The position numbers were made by a program, and so were the translations under genes. The notes beneath the pieces were generated by a model, which did no database searches, was not told the origin of the DNA, and worked only from the letters and a program-made list of their open reading frames with translations. A stretch of 63,328 nt of DNA, counting the filler, from Nemertoderma westbladi (taxonomy: Eukaryota; Animalia; Xenacoelomorpha), in NCBI GenBank assembly GCA_032718475.1. It is 4 parts of 4 records of this genome, joined end to end, with 100 filler letters (N's around TTAATTAATTAA, not from the genome) between each part and the next. Parts side by side here need not be neighbours in the genome. Positions count along the whole stretch, not along the records: positions 24,221 to 41,836 come from JAUCBJ010004509.1; 3 more parts are not named here. One strand, written 5' to 3'. Shown here piece after piece: positions 25,202 to 41,234 of this stretch (within the stretch, counting starts at the first letter, position 1; each line of letters starts with the position of its first letter).

Positions 25202-25436
25202 CTTGTGAGCAAAGCAGACCACCGGGTTTTAGTGAATCCTTGATGAGCTGGAAATATTCTCTCTCGAAGAGTTTCTCAGCTGGTCCAATAGGATCAGACG
25301 CGTCAGTGATTATAACGTCGAACTTGTCTTTATTCTTTCTCATATATTCCACACCATCTCCGATATATTGATTCAACTTCCTACTGTTGTATCCAACAGA
25401 TAGCCCTGGGAGATATTTTTTAGAAACTTCAACCAC
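25202..25436 (-). CDS. SRM: spermidine synthase exon 3
   Basis: VVEVSKKYLPG..IGDG..FDVIITDASDPIGPA..LKPGG; tttag| acceptor and G|gtacgt donor. Confidence 0.93.
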
Positions 25437-26518
25437 CTAAAATAAAATGTACCCCTATGGATATACCGCTATTCACGTAGGTCTACCATAGTCTCAACAA
25501 TTTCTCATTGGAGATTTCGCACTTTCCATTTATCATGCTGTTACACAACATTTATGACTTCTTCTCCATGCACACTTTTACTAAATTAAAATATTAGTTG
25601 ACTGCAAAAAAATTTGAGGTGAATAGGTACTGACGTGAAGGGAAGGCTGAAGTTAATATTTTAAATTTAATTTCTGGTCATTATAATACTTAAATACTTA
25701 TTAACGGTTAATCACTGTTAATCTACCTACAACTTATTTTCCCAAAAATAGAGGAGCATAGCATACCGTACCGCGCGCTAATTCTGTTGTATGCCTATTA
25801 TTCGATACTTGCCATTAGTATCACCACCAGCCAGTAGCCACAATTCGTTGTATTTCTCGTATTTATTGATACATACTGGTACTATCATCAGATACAACCC
25901 AACGTCTACAACCCCACCAGTACTACCTGGAAGTTAAGTTTTAATGAAATCGTGGCGACGCCGGTATCCTTTATCGCTGTTGGATATTACAAGCTCCCCC
26001 TCCCTTCTACAGGCAAAACTCCTTTAGGGGAGGGGAAGGGACAGGATGGGGGGGGGGGGGGCAAAGGGGCAGGTTCAAGTGGCATGATATTCCAACCAAA
26101 ACAATAAATATTTTTGGTAGTAATCAACTGTTATTTAATTCGATTTCCCCATGGTCCCACTAACGTCTCTCCATCTTCACTAAATCTCAACTCCGCTAAA
26201 TGAAGTAAATACGTTGATTGATAACCAAATAAAATAAAAAAGTACATATTTATAAACATTATTTATTTTATTTTAATATTTTATTTAATATCATTATATT
26301 TATATTTATAAACAGGAAATTTAATTTTTGCAGTATCTAAATTATTATTTTGGAGAATTATCATTTCCTGTCCAGTACTGTAATGCTTTTCCCCCACTAT
26401 AGGTATCATCCCAAATGGGTGGTTTGGTTCTATTATTATCAAATTTACCCCCCGACTGGGAGTGTCTAATTGTCCCTAACTGGAAACACATTTTTGACCA
26501 GTTCGTGATCACTCTCCG

Positions 26519-27856
26519 TTAACTTGGTCTCGTTATAAACCCGGGAACACTTCCTACAGGTCTGTCTGCTGGGGTCACAGCCAAAACCTTAAACCTGTAA
26601 CCCATGGATTCCGTGAGAGTCTTATACGAGGATACCAGGTTATCTCCTAATTCCTTATTGTTAGTACTAGATAGCAGTGCCTGCAGACGCACACCCAATC
26701 CTAAGGACTCCAAGAAAACCCTCTGGCTAATCGGCCCGTGAACCGAAACACTAAAGGGTAAACAACGAGTTACTAGGTAACCGAAATCAACATCAGCTGT
26801 TAGATCGGCGGTGCCGGGATCCACTAGCGGGTCGTGTCTAGCGTGGTCGCGAAACGATCGGAAAGTATCGCCACCGTCGCCTAGGTGACCGTAATCGATT
26901 ACCAGAGCGGCTCCTCCACTCGACTCGATTCGAGAACTAAGTTCCTCCATGACAACCCCCGATTCAGGACTAATCTCAACGCAATCACGTGTCTCTTCCG
27001 CCTGTACAAACATTTTGCTACCTGGAGTCTCCCCATTGGCTGTAAAGAAGGCAAATTCCTGGCCTTGGCAACCAATCAGAACCTCGCGGTAGCCATGCGG
27101 TGTTTTAGTGAACACGTGAATGGGCAAGGCGTCTAGAAACTCATTCAGTATATAAAATGTCATTGGTTGTCTAGGGACGTCTTTGAGATTATAGTACCAG
27201 GTTACAGATGGCCCATAACGAGTTGGATATGGTTGGGTTGATAGATTGTCTGAGTTGAGGACACTTCCCAGAATGTCCTCATTGCAATGTGTCAGTTTCT
27301 TTAACTGTAGCTCTCTGAAAGTTCGGCTTACCTCCACTAGATGGAGCGATACTGCGCCGGGCTCCTTCAGATGCGGCAGCTGTATCAAAGTTCTCATGAC
27401 GTCATCGGCGAGAGTTCCCCGACCTGGTCCCAATTCCACAACCTGTACGTGAGCGGGTTTCCCTTGGCAAGCCCACTCGTTGGCTATCCATACCGAAATT
27501 ATTTCTCCAAACATCTGACTTATCTCTGGAGAGGTTATAAAATCACCCTGAGCGCCAATTGGCTGTTTGGTGACGTAATACCCTGCATTGTGATTGGTTA
27601 GCACAATTTTCATATATTCGGCAACAGTGATTGGACCAGATGTGAGTATTTTATGACGAAGTAATTTATTCAGATGATGGTTAAGGGAATTCTTCTGATT
27701 ATTCCAATAATTTCCAGTTGTAGATATATTTCTTCCGATTGCTAAATAATTCGGTAACCGCCAAACTAACTTATTATTTGCCACAAGAATCATCGGGCGA
27801 CAACGTGTAGTTTGAAGTCGGTGGGATGACAATTGAGATATTATATTCCTGAGCAT
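26519..27856 (-). CDS. NDUFAF7: mitochondrial protein arginine methyltransferase NDUFAF7 (MidA), intronless, 445 aa from the first ATG
   Basis: GPITVAEYM, GYY, GDFITSPEISQMFGE, VELGPGRGTL, NEFLDALP, IDYG, PGTADLTADVDF, MGYRFK; basic, acid-free N-terminus like a mitochondrial presequence. Confidence 0.95.
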   Translation of the reverse strand: MLRNIISQLSSHRLQTTRCRPMILVANNKLVWRLPNYLAIGRNISTTGNYWNNQKNSLNHHLNKLLRHKILTSGPITVAEYMKIVLTNHNAGYYVTKQPIGAQGDFITSPEISQMFGEIISVWIANEWACQGKPAHVQVVELGPGRGTLADDVMRTLIQLPHLKEPGAVSLHLVEVSRTFRELQLKKLTHCNEDILGSVLNSDNLSTQPYPTRYGPSVTWYYNLKDVPRQPMTFYILNEFLDALPIHVFTKTPHGYREVLIGCQGQEFAFFTANGETPGSKMFVQAEETRDCVEISPESGVVMEELSSRIESSGGAALVIDYGHLGDGGDTFRSFRDHARHDPLVDPGTADLTADVDFGYLVTRCLPFSVSVHGPISQRVFLESLGLGVRLQALLSSTNNKELGDNLVSSYKTLTESMGYRFKVLAVTPADRPVGSVPGFITRPS

Positions 27857-28878
27857 TGGTAGATAATTGGTTAGATTTACATTCAAATATCACCATTAAT
27901 GTAGGGCTATTTCTAATAATGCTAGTAGTTTTTATCTAACTGTATAAGCTAACAATACTGCAATATGAGCCTTTAATAAATAATTTGTACGTACGCTGGT
28001 AGGCCTACCCGGCACCCGGTTACTGGGTTATTACTGTATTAGTGGATTACGACCTACAGTTGGTCAATAAAATAACTGTACCTGCTGTACTATCCTACCA
28101 GCGGTACCGGTTCATAAGCTGCGAATGCGAATTTTGGCGAATAAACCCACAACTCTTCAGATTTATCTGTTGCGGAATTTATCGGCTTCGGTCGGTAAAT
28201 CGAATGTAGCTACCGGCAGACCGGTAGGAAATTTAAGCCTATTGCGGCGGTTCGCGGTTGCGATGAAAATACAGATTGCAGGATTACGCGATACCGCAGG
28301 CGGCGATAGCCGCACTGCCGGTTATCGTTCATATGCGTACCTCTGGCAAAAGAAGCAGGTTACAGTGGTGGTGTTTTCTAACCAAAACAATAAACTAATC
28401 TCCATTACTTAATTAACGGAAAGGAGCAGGTTACAGTGGTGGGCTTTTCTAACCAAAACAATAAACAATATCTCAATAACATAGGGTATTTCATACTTAT
28501 AGTCTTATTTTTGCAATACGAAAATACCAGAGGTACGCATATGAACTATAACTGCACTGCCCGCACCAGCACCATGATCTGTGAATTGTGCCTGTGTCTG
28601 TGAGCACCTAAAATAACTTACAAGCCTTAACCTTCATGCTACACTATATACATAAAAAATACATAGTTTAGTTTTAGTACCGGTACCGGTACCGGTACCA
28701 CTTCATAATAGGCCTACTACAGTATTAGGCCTGCTACAGTGCTACTACTGCACTATGAAAATGGATGAATTTGAATTTCCCTCCAGCAAGCCATCCAACA
28801 TGATACGATACAGCCTACGAGCCTAGAAGTAATTATTCATTGGCTGTAAGAAAAAAAACTAAACACCATGTGACACTG

Positions 28879-30959
<2,081 letters not shown>

Positions 30960-31243
30960 TTAATATTTTATTTTAAATAATATATTTTTATTTAAATAAT
31001 AATATTGCTAATGAACTAATGTCATAATAGAAGCATATTTAATAGCAGTAGTGTAGCCAGAGTGCCAGCAGTGGGCATGCTTAGGCATTGTCACTGCCAA
31101 TTAGGAACCCTCCAGCTACGACCACAACCTATCCATGCCGCTCAGAACTAAACATTTCCACCAAATTCGCTCGCATCGCATTTACTCTTTATACAGTTAG
31201 CATTTTATGTAATAATACACCGGTACATTAAATATCATAATTA

Positions 31244-31498
<255 letters not shown>

Positions 31499-32035
31499 TC
31501 AGTATCTGCGCTTCTACAGTCAGATATGCCTAGTATTGCTAACTGTTACAGGAACTTAATTACGAAATTAGTGATATTAGCTGTTCTTTTTGCCGCCAGC
31601 AGAGGTCCGATAATTAGTAATCAATCTCGCAATATCTTGAACTGATAAATCTACTGAATACTGACAAGCCTGATACCCACCCAGTTGATCTATTAGCCGA
31701 ATAGCTAGTCACTAGTCAGTGTCAATAGCTGAATAGTATGGTTGGTAAATTATTTCGTAAAATAGCCTAGACGGAACAAATGACTGTAACCGGTAGCACT
31801 GCTGGGTAAGCCTAACAATGCATCACAGTATTGCTCTGCTCAGAAAAAAGTTGAATTTCCCTCTTAATTTGCTGAATTTCCCAACCAACCAATCAACGTA
31901 ACAAAGATTATATCAATATTATTTTATTTGTCATCTAGTTTAATTCTTTCCCCGAAAGCCGTTAAACAATCAACTATTTATTATTCTCACACCTTTTAGA
32001 TTATTCTCACTCCTTTTACATTATTCTCATAATTT

Positions 32036-34335
32036 AGGTTTACGGACAGGTTTTAGGACAGGTTTGCGGACAGGTTTGCGGACAGGTTTGCGGACAGGTT
32101 TACGGACAGGTTTGCGGACAGGTTTACGGACAGGTTTGAGGACAGGTTTGAGGACAGGTTTACGGACAGGTTTGCGGACAGGTTTACGGACAGGTTTGCG
32201 GACAGGTTTGCGGACAGGTTTACGGACAGGTTTGAGGACAGGTTTACGGACAGGTTTTAGGGCAGATTTACGGACAGGTTTGAGGACAGGTTTACGGACA
32301 GGTTTTAGGACAGGTTTGCGGACAGGTTTGCGGACAGGTTTACGGACAGGTTTGAGGACAGGTTTACGGACAGGTTTTAGGGCAGATTTACGGACAGGTT
32401 TGAGGACAGGTTTACGGACAGGTTTGAGGACAGGTTTGAGGACAGGTTTACGGACAGGTTTGCGGACAGGTTTGCGGACAGGTTTGAGGACAGGTTTGAG
32501 GACAGGTTTACGGACAGGTTTGCGGACAGGTTTACGGACAGGTTTGCGGACAGGTTTGCGGACAGGTTTACGGACAGGTTTGAGGACAGGTTTACGGACA
32601 GGTTTTAGGGCAGATTTACGGACAGGTTTGAGGACAGGTTTACGGACAGGTTTGAGGACAGGTTTGAGGACAGGTTTACGGACAGGTTTGCGGACAGGTT
32701 TGCGGACAGGTTTGAGGACAGGTTTGAGGACAGGTTTACGGACAGGTTTGCGGACAGGTTTACGGACAGGTTTTAGGGCAGATTTACGGACAGGTTTGAG
32801 GACAGGTTTACGGACAGGTTTACGGACAGGTTTGAGGACAGATTTACGGACAGGTTTGCGGACAGGTTTGCGGACAGGTTTACGGACAGGTTTGAGGACA
32901 GGTTTACGGACAGGTTTGAGGACAGGTTTACGGACAGGTTTTAGGGCAGATTTACGGACAGGTTTGAGGACAGGTTTACGGACAGGTTTGAGGACAGGTT
33001 TGAGGACAGGTTTACGGACAGGTTTGCGGACAGGTTTGAGGACAGGTTTACGGACAGGTTTTAGGGCAGATTTACGGACAGGTTTGAGGACAGGTTTACG
33101 GACAGGTTTGAGGACAGGTTTGAGGACAGGTTTACGGACAGGTTTGCGGACAGGTTTGCGGACAGGTTTGAGGACAGGTTTACGGACAGGTTTGAGGACA
33201 GGTTTACGGACAGGTTTTAGGGCAGATTTACGGACAGGTTTGAGGACAGGTTTACGGACAGGTTTGAGGACAGGTTTGAGGACAGGTTTACGGACAGGTT
33301 TGCGGACAGGTTTGCGGACAGGTTTGAGGACAGGTTTACGGACAGGTTTGCGGACAGGTTTACGGACAGGTTTTAGGGCAGATTTACGGACAGGTTTGAG
33401 GACAGGTTTACGGACAGGTTTACGGACAGGTTTGAGGACAGGTTTGAGGACAGGTTTACGGACAGGTTTGCGGACAGGTTTGCGGACAGGTTTGCGGACA
33501 GGTTTGCGGACAGGTTTACGGACAGGTTGGCGGACAGGTTTGTGGACAGGTTTGCGGACAGGTTTGCGGACAGGTTTGCGGACAGGTTTACGGACAGGTT
33601 GGCGGACAGGTTTGTGGACAGGTTTACGGACAGGTTTACGGACAGGTTTGTGGACAGGTTTGCGGACAGGTTTGCGGACAGGTTTACGGACAGGTTTTAG
33701 GACAGATTTACGGACAGGTTTGAGGACAGGTTTGCGGACAGGTTTGAGGACTGGTTTACGGACTGGTTTACGGACAGGTTTACGGACAGGTTTACGGACA
33801 GGTTTGCGGACAGGTTTGCGGACAGGTTTGAGGACAGGTTTGAGGACAGGTTTACGGACAGGTTTACGGACAGGTTTACGGACAGGTTTGAGGACAGGTT
33901 TGCGGACAGGTTTGAGGACAGGTTTACGGACAGGTTTGCGGACAGGTTTGCGGACAGGTTTACGGACAGGTTTGAGGACAGGTTTGAGGACAGGTTTGAG
34001 GACAGGTTTACGGACAGGTTTGCGGACAGGTTTGAGGACAGGTTTGAGGACAGGTTTACGGACAGGTTTGCGGACAGGTTTGCGGACAGGTTTGAGGACA
34101 GGTTTGAGGACAGGTTTACGGACAGGTTTGCGGACAGGTTTGAGGACAGGTTTGAGGACAGGTTTACGGACAGGTTTGCGGACAGGTTTGCGAACAGGTT
34201 TGCGGACAGGTTTACGGACAGGTTTGCGGACAGGTTTACGGACAGGTTTGCGGACAGGTTTGCGAACAGGTTTGCGGACAGGTTTACGGACAGGTTTGCG
34301 GACAGGATTTAGGACAGATTTACGGACAGGTTTAC
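32036..34335. repeat. 12-bp minisatellite (GGACAGGTTT-AC/GC/GA), about 190 units
   Basis: Direct reading; gives the spurious (RTGL)n and (KPVR)n ORFs. Confidence 0.97.
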
Positions 34336-34723
34336 ACGGTGGTGGTGAAAACAGACGTCGGAAATTCAAGCGTATCTCTCATACACAATATAAATCGCTC
34401 TCAATGCTGATAAGTGTGTTGTTGGGTCTATAAATGATAAACGACGGTAAATAGCATCCAATTTTATGGGTGTGGTGGTTTTATAAGGAAATCGATTGGT
34501 CAGTTTGTTGCATCGCCGCATATTGTTCTAAAGACATAGGAGAGGAAATGTTTTGTATTTTATTATTTCTAAATTAAAGAGTGTGTGCTATTATTTCATT
34601 CAAACTTTTGTTTTTAGATTATGGATTTTATTTAATACAGTAGTATAATTTACTAGAGTGTGTGCTATTTTTTTCAATCTAAACTTTTTTAAACAGGTTT
34701 TTCTGGGATCTGGTGGTTGTTGT

Positions 34724-37536
34724 TGTAAAAGCTTTTGCGTAATTAGCCGGTTATTTTCCCCGTAAAGTACTCTGTAGTTGGTTTACTGGGCATAAAAAGG
34801 CCGTGTCCTTACTGTACTGATGTTTTAGAGGACATAAAAGCCATTTCTTTTGTTGTTACGATGGTCGTTATATCTAACCGCCAATGTCCCGGGAGCAACT
34901 TGCGCGTGGGTTAGACTGTAGAAAATTCACCGCTCGCTATACGCATCGTAATGGTACGTATATGGACTTCTTAACTACTGGTCATCCTATCGACCTACAC
35001 GATACGAACGATATAGACACCAAAGGGAAATGGTTTATTTAAATATCATACCCAGCGGAAGCGGAACGATAAACTGAGACTCGAACACGAAAATTCTATT
35101 CGAAACCGACTCGAAAGTGCAGATGTTGAAGAGCCGGATAAACGCAGCGACTTCACCAAATACCTGGAATTCTTGAGAGAAACCTATCTCGATATTACCA
35201 GTCAACAGAATCTAGAAACTCGATATCCTCAAGGTATACATCATGACCGCATGGTAGAACTCAAACGGCTCTATTCCACTATGATGTATCTTACCGCCGA
35301 TCGATCGCTACCTGTTGTATCGGATAGCTTCGAACGGATGGAGGAATATTGTAAGCTGGAGAAAGATCACTCGCGTTTCCCCTACAAGACGTGCGTTTTT
35401 GGTATTATTGCGAGGAATGCCCAAGACCCAACCAACAAACGGAAAGACATAAACATCCGCGGAGACGTTGCTTTAAACACGGTTTTACTCGCTATACTTA
35501 CGGAGTTTCGAGCGAAACTTGTTCGATGTATCACCTACGCTCGTTCGACTCAGACGATCCTTAAATAAACCAATGATCAGAGTTTCGGAATACTCGATCA
35601 GAACTCCTCATTCCCTAGTGAGACTTCAGACTCTTGATCCTATTAGTATGACGGATCCTCCCGAGCTGTACTCACTGCTCAAAGATCTAGTGTTACCTGA
35701 ACAATTAGTCGGTGGCACCCCAGTTGTGGGCTTCCTAGATACTAGCCCATTCTACCTAGCCGGATTGGGACGCGGACATTTAATATCGCCGTTTAACCCT
35801 TACCATCGTCCCGTCCCGGCTTAACACGATATAACCTGTCACCAAAGTGGCGGAGAACGTTGTACCAAACGAGTTAAACGCTATTCTACAAAGATCAGAA
35901 AGGAAACCTGCGTTTGTTCAGATAAACGTAAGTTGTAACAGCAAGTCCAAGCGATAAACGAATTGTCTTTATCCCAGTTCGATTGTGAAATCCAGAATCT
36001 CTAAGAAGATATCGAACTTAGACAACCCCATTCTCTGCGAGAGTTTTTGGATGAACGTATCCAGCTACGAGCGGAGGAAAATCAGCTCGAGGAGAAGCAT
36101 ATCGAAACGGCGGATACCCCGACCATAATCCTACACCTTCTGATGCAATCATATTGCACCCTTCACCCAGGATTTATAGCCCTCCTAGTAAAGTGGCTCG
36201 CCCCAAAGAGAAAAGGACTCTTGCTAGCCTCAAAAAACTGCGTAAACGCCGTCTGTGTAAGAAAGACTAACTGTTTAGAGTATCTTTATATTTTAGAAAC
36301 TGTGATTTGTTATATTTTATAGACTTAAATCCCATTTTCTGGGAGCGGTGTAAAAGCTTTTGCGTAATTAGCCGGTTATTTTCCCCGTAAAGTACTCTGT
36401 AGTTGGTTTACTGGGCATAAAAAGGCCGTGTCCTTACTGTACTGATGTTTTAGAGGACATAAAAGCCATTTCTTCTGTATTTGTACTTTAGAGGACATAA
36501 TCCGCAATTTCGGGACGCAATAAGCTCGATACTCTTGAAAACAGTGTCGCTACCATGACTACGGCTAACAGCTGATATTGCCACGTCGACATTTCTTTGT
36601 TTCTTTGTTCTCTCGTTGTTCGGTCGACCAATCAGAGCGTTTTTTGTCTCTGTGTTGGAGGTGGATACAGAAACTCAGGAATTCAGTGTTATGTTTTTGC
36701 CCAGAGCCTAAGAACACCGGCTTTTGGCACCTCCGTGTTTCAGTCTTTAGTCTTACATTAGTAGGCTTAATTATAGAACGTATATCTGTTATCTAACCAT
36801 ACCAATGCAAATCGAGTTACCTTATCAATGCAATTCAATGCTTACTAAACATATCATGCATATCTTACTTAACATTACTGCTTTTGCTGTCGGTTATTCA
36901 TTATATTTGTTGATGGAAGATTATATTTGGAATACTGATCAATAGTCAGACACCCAACCTTCTTGATATACTAAAGGTTAGAGAGACCGGTTACAGATAA
37001 ACGATTGCGACCTATGTTAAGTGGTTTGAAGTGAATCTAATGCTATTTTATAGGCCCTACATGTATTGTCTGTTATTCTCTTTGTATGTGACTAAAATTA
37101 GTGAAGGTCGGCAGATTGGTGTGCAGCATTGTGCAGCATTGTGTATGATTGTGACTGATAACAAAGCATCTCCTAAAGAATGCGCCATATACGTGAATCT
37201 ATAGCCATCTCATTGCGTCTGGTTTAAGTCATAACTCTGTTTACATATTTAGAGCGCCACGTCCTAAAGGAACTGTTAATATTTCCCGAAAGTGAATAAT
37301 ATTTGTCAGAGATTATATATTACGATCAGTCGAATAATACAGTAGGCTTACACCATCAATCATTAAGCTTCCGAATTCAGTCTCCCGGGTATATCCAGCG
37401 GGTGAATGATTGCGCATAGACTGGCTTCGGCTAATGTAGTGTATCAAATACTCGTCATAGGCTAAAGACTATATATCATCTAAAAGACATCCTAATTTGG
37501 CAGGTTAAACTGTCAAAGGTCTTAAAAGCGCAAACA
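34724..37536 (+). mobile_element. internally deleted LTR retroelement: about 125 bp of 5' LTR, 1.5 kb internal remnant, full 1188-bp 3' LTR (36349-37536)
   Basis: TG..CA ends, 5-bp target duplication GTTGT on both sides, identical start of both LTR copies, purine-rich GGGAGCGG before the 3' LTR. Confidence 0.85.
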
Positions 37537-40194
37537 GTTGTCTCGGCTTCCTCTGCGACATGATATATGAATTAAATTATAAAAATTACGCGATTCCCAT
37601 AAGGCTGGCTTTCCTTTCCTTGGATTACCTTGTGAATTACTTGGAAACCCAATTTATTATTTTCCCGATGATCTTCGGATCTTCGGGAATCTCTGTAAGC
37701 TTTCCCTGCTTACTCGATTCATCTTTGCCATCCGAACACCATAATTTGAACAAATCTTTACATGTTTTTGATCGATCGTGTATAGCATGACTGATGGTAT
37801 CCTCAGTTTCTTTGCACCAAATTATAGTTACTGGAAGGGTTTTAAGAGAGAGGATTAGTAAGGATTGATGAAGGTCGGCAGAAGAGATAATATGCTTAAT
37901 ATATATAAGAAACTCCATTGCCCTTGAAAGTCACGCATATCACGCGCTGCTGCCTACTTGGTTCGAGTTTAAAAACGCTGCTGAGATGATGATACAGACC
38001 GCCATGAATTCCCTGGCTGAAAGTAGTATGAACCTCATGCGTTGTCTCTCTACCTACAGTATGTGATCCTGATGTGCACTTGTTTACGGCAGCCTTGGGG
38101 TACCAGTAACGGCAGACTGCCCAGGAGTGCTATCAAGTGCGTAATCACAATGTAATCCTCGTAAACCTGTGGGTGTTGGATATTGTCTTGACGTGGTAGA
38201 CAAGGTTCCTTTATGTTTGCCTTTCTTCCGTAGCCAACCATAATGTCCGCAATTCCGTACTGTACTACTGTACTCAACTACTGTACTAAGTTGTTCTATT
38301 ATATTTTCACCCTGGTTGGGTAGAATCCACACCATCACAGAGTTCACTCTTGGGTCGCTCTACTGTAAATATTAATATCGGTAAGGAATTAATTTTATAA
38401 GTGATCTACTTTTGTGGAGCATTATAATATTCGTTCCCGGAAAGCTACTGTATTAGGATTATATATTTTAAACTTTTGGTACCGGTACTGTAATTTCAAT
38501 TTGTTTCACGTAATATTATATTATGTAATTATGCACACCAGTCCTATTATCTAATACTAAATGTCAACTGTGTGTACGTCAACTATTTGTGTTATTACGT
38601 ACTTACACTAGTCACATTGAATACACTTTTCACATGTTTAGGGATTTTAACAAGCGTGAGACCGAGAATTGGGGAAATTTAAGCGAACTCCGTATTTGTT
38701 TATTTCTGGCTATTAGATAATGATTCTTATTTAGTTTTCATTCCATTCGTTTACATAATATCATTATATTATGTTTACTACAGTATATCTTACCGTACTA
38801 CCGGTACTCTGCGTGCTTAGTATCTCATATATTTATTTTAACTTGACAGACTCTTTTATTTTTTCTGCGCAATGGGCGCATTCTGTAACATTTCGTAATG
38901 TGCAAATAATGTAAACCTGATATTTTAAATTTAGATTCGCCAGGCCATTTTAAACATAGCCGCCGGTAGCGTAAAGTCCGGATAATGAAATGGAAAAACT
39001 ACTGTTTTATCCCACTCACATACTGTTATAAAATACTGTACATGTGTAATGTAGGCTACATATGTAAGCGTATGGTTGTTGTAATAGTTGTATTGTATGA
39101 TAACATTTATTTTATTACATTATGTTATTAATATCAGAGGAAAATATATTATCAAACATAATTTCACATATCAAACATAATTAAATTCGAAACCAAATAA
39201 GCGTTTTTTAATTAACACATAAGCGTTTTACATGTACCATAATTAAAATTTGCTATACTAACATACGAGGACGACCAACAACAACTTCATTCGCCGTACA
39301 AAAAGACCATCAAAAACAGACACACATAATTGAATTTTGCGAAATGAATTTTTATTAAACTGAAGAGAAGATGGGCCATTTAGTTTTATTACGTTTTGGT
39401 TCGTATGCTGTAGGTCAGAAAGAGAGTTGCTTAATAAATAATTGTTTAACAAATGACACAGTAAGATCCCGGATCTTGTAACAGTAAACAGTGTTGAAAC
39501 AGAGAAAGCAGAAGTAGTAGGGACTAGGCCTAGTGTGCTTAGGCCATCAGAAGTATACCAATACCAGAACATGACGAGACTTCCCTAATCCTGTTGGCAT
39601 CGCCCAATAATACGCACCAATTATTACAACATAACAAAAATAATACTGTAGTTTACAAAAGGCGACAGTTTGTTAGATTTTATGAAGATTAAAAACTTTT
39701 GTTCTAAGTTTCTGGGGTGATTGAGGCAAATTTCTCGCTGCTCTACTGTATTTAGGTAAGATGAGATCTCAGCGATCAGCATTAAATAAGAACTATATTT
39801 AGGCTCCATTGTAAAAAATATCACTTGTTCCGCTTTTCCGAGGAAAAGGCAGTTTTTTATGTAACATCTGCATTAATACTATTAAAAGCCGCGCAGACGT
39901 GCCACGCGGCGCAGAGGAACCAGAATCCCCCCCCGCTCCGAAAGTCGGCGGACCGTTTGAGGAGGTGGAAGATCGGATCGGTTCCACGTCCGCCGGATCT
40001 GAGATGCATCGGTTCCGATTCGGCCATTCGGTCCAGTGGAGGTTCCGGTAAGCAACGGAAGTATGGAAGGAAGCAGCAAAGTGTTTCGCAGATTCCTTCC
40101 TTTTCAGCAAATATCAGTAAAACTGGAGGCCTAGATTGCTACTTTATGTAGAATTAAGCCACAATATATATATATATTTTTGATAAGTCTCCGA

Positions 40195-40512
40195 TTACAA
40201 CTGAGTGCATTCTAACTTCGCCTTTAACCAATACGTGGTCCTTATGCCCTTCCCCTTTATTTCTATTGGACCCCTGGTTTCCCACGTGTACCAGTTGGGT
40301 TGCGATTGTTCTAGAAGGTTGTGGAACTCTGAACTAGTGTGTATTCGTAGTGGTTCGCCATGGCTTTCCATTCTAGAAGCGTAATTGATAGAATCCCCAA
40401 AACAACAGTATCTCGGCATCATGTGACCTACAACTCCCGCGCAACAAGCCCCACTATGAACTCCAATCCGTAACTGAAATTGTTTCGTCGGCATATGTGG
40501 AATTTTAAATAC
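40195..40512 (-). CDS. last exon of a guanylate cyclase (class III cyclase catalytic domain)
   Basis: ttatag| acceptor; LRIGVHSG..AGVVGHMMPRYCCFGDSINYASRMES..RIH..RG.I.IKGKG..TYWL; PRYC indicates GTP specificity. Confidence 0.9.
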   Translation of the reverse strand, partial: VFKIPHMPTKQFQLRIGVHSGACCAGVVGHMMPRYCCFGDSINYASRMESHGEPLRIHTSSEFHNLLEQSQPNWYTWETRGPIEIKGKGIRTTYWLKAKLECTQL

Positions 40513-41234
40513 CTATAACAAAACGATTACAAAAAATATATACTTAACTGTTAGTTTATTTCTTGCAAATTATATTTGTTACGGAACTCCTACACGGATA
40601 CGAGAAAATATTTGAGTTTAGTTTTGAGCGCACAAATTAATATCTATAGATCTCACGACCCACAACCGAATTAATATTGACAGTTTATAAACAAAATAAA
40701 GAGGGGAAATATAATTGCTAATAAACATCTAAAAATCTGTGCGCAGCGAGGATTATAACAGAGACGAGTACTGTAATATATTAAGTGAAATATGCTCAGA
40801 AAGGCGCTATATAAACTATTATTATTAGTATTAATATATTATTTTTAGAGAGGAAGATACGCCTTAGACGAGGCAAATTATAATATAACTAAGGATAAAT
40901 ACACATTATAGCACTGAATTAGATAAGGAGCATAATTATTTATTATAAAATAATTAATAATTATGAAGGTATATTTATATATTATATATATTTATTATTT
41001 ATATAATATTATTTATTTATATAATATTATTTATTTATATAATATTATTTATTTATATAATATTATTTATTTATATATATATATATTATTATATAAGTTT
41101 AAATTAAGTAAAGAAAGTTAGGGAATATGACTGTAGGGTGTGAGATCAAGTTGTTTTAGTATAATAATATTTTAAGAATTCTAAAGGTGACAACTTATAT
41201 GATCAATTACTAAAAATTTTATTTTTTTATTATT

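Noticed and set aside
24955-28465. Four copies of a roughly 45-bp motif (GGTTACAGTGG..AACCAAAACAATAAA) in SRM introns as a regulatory element
   Set aside because: Diverged and next to small inverted repeats (28321-28346 and 28527-28552); more likely MITE fragments.
32027-34433. 780-aa (KPVR)n protamine- or histone-like protein
   Set aside because: No ATG start, pure 12-bp repeat, equally open on the other strand.
37560-40151. Short ORFs, possibly decayed transposon or gene remnants
   Set aside because: Many stops, no recognisable motif and no consistent splice pattern.
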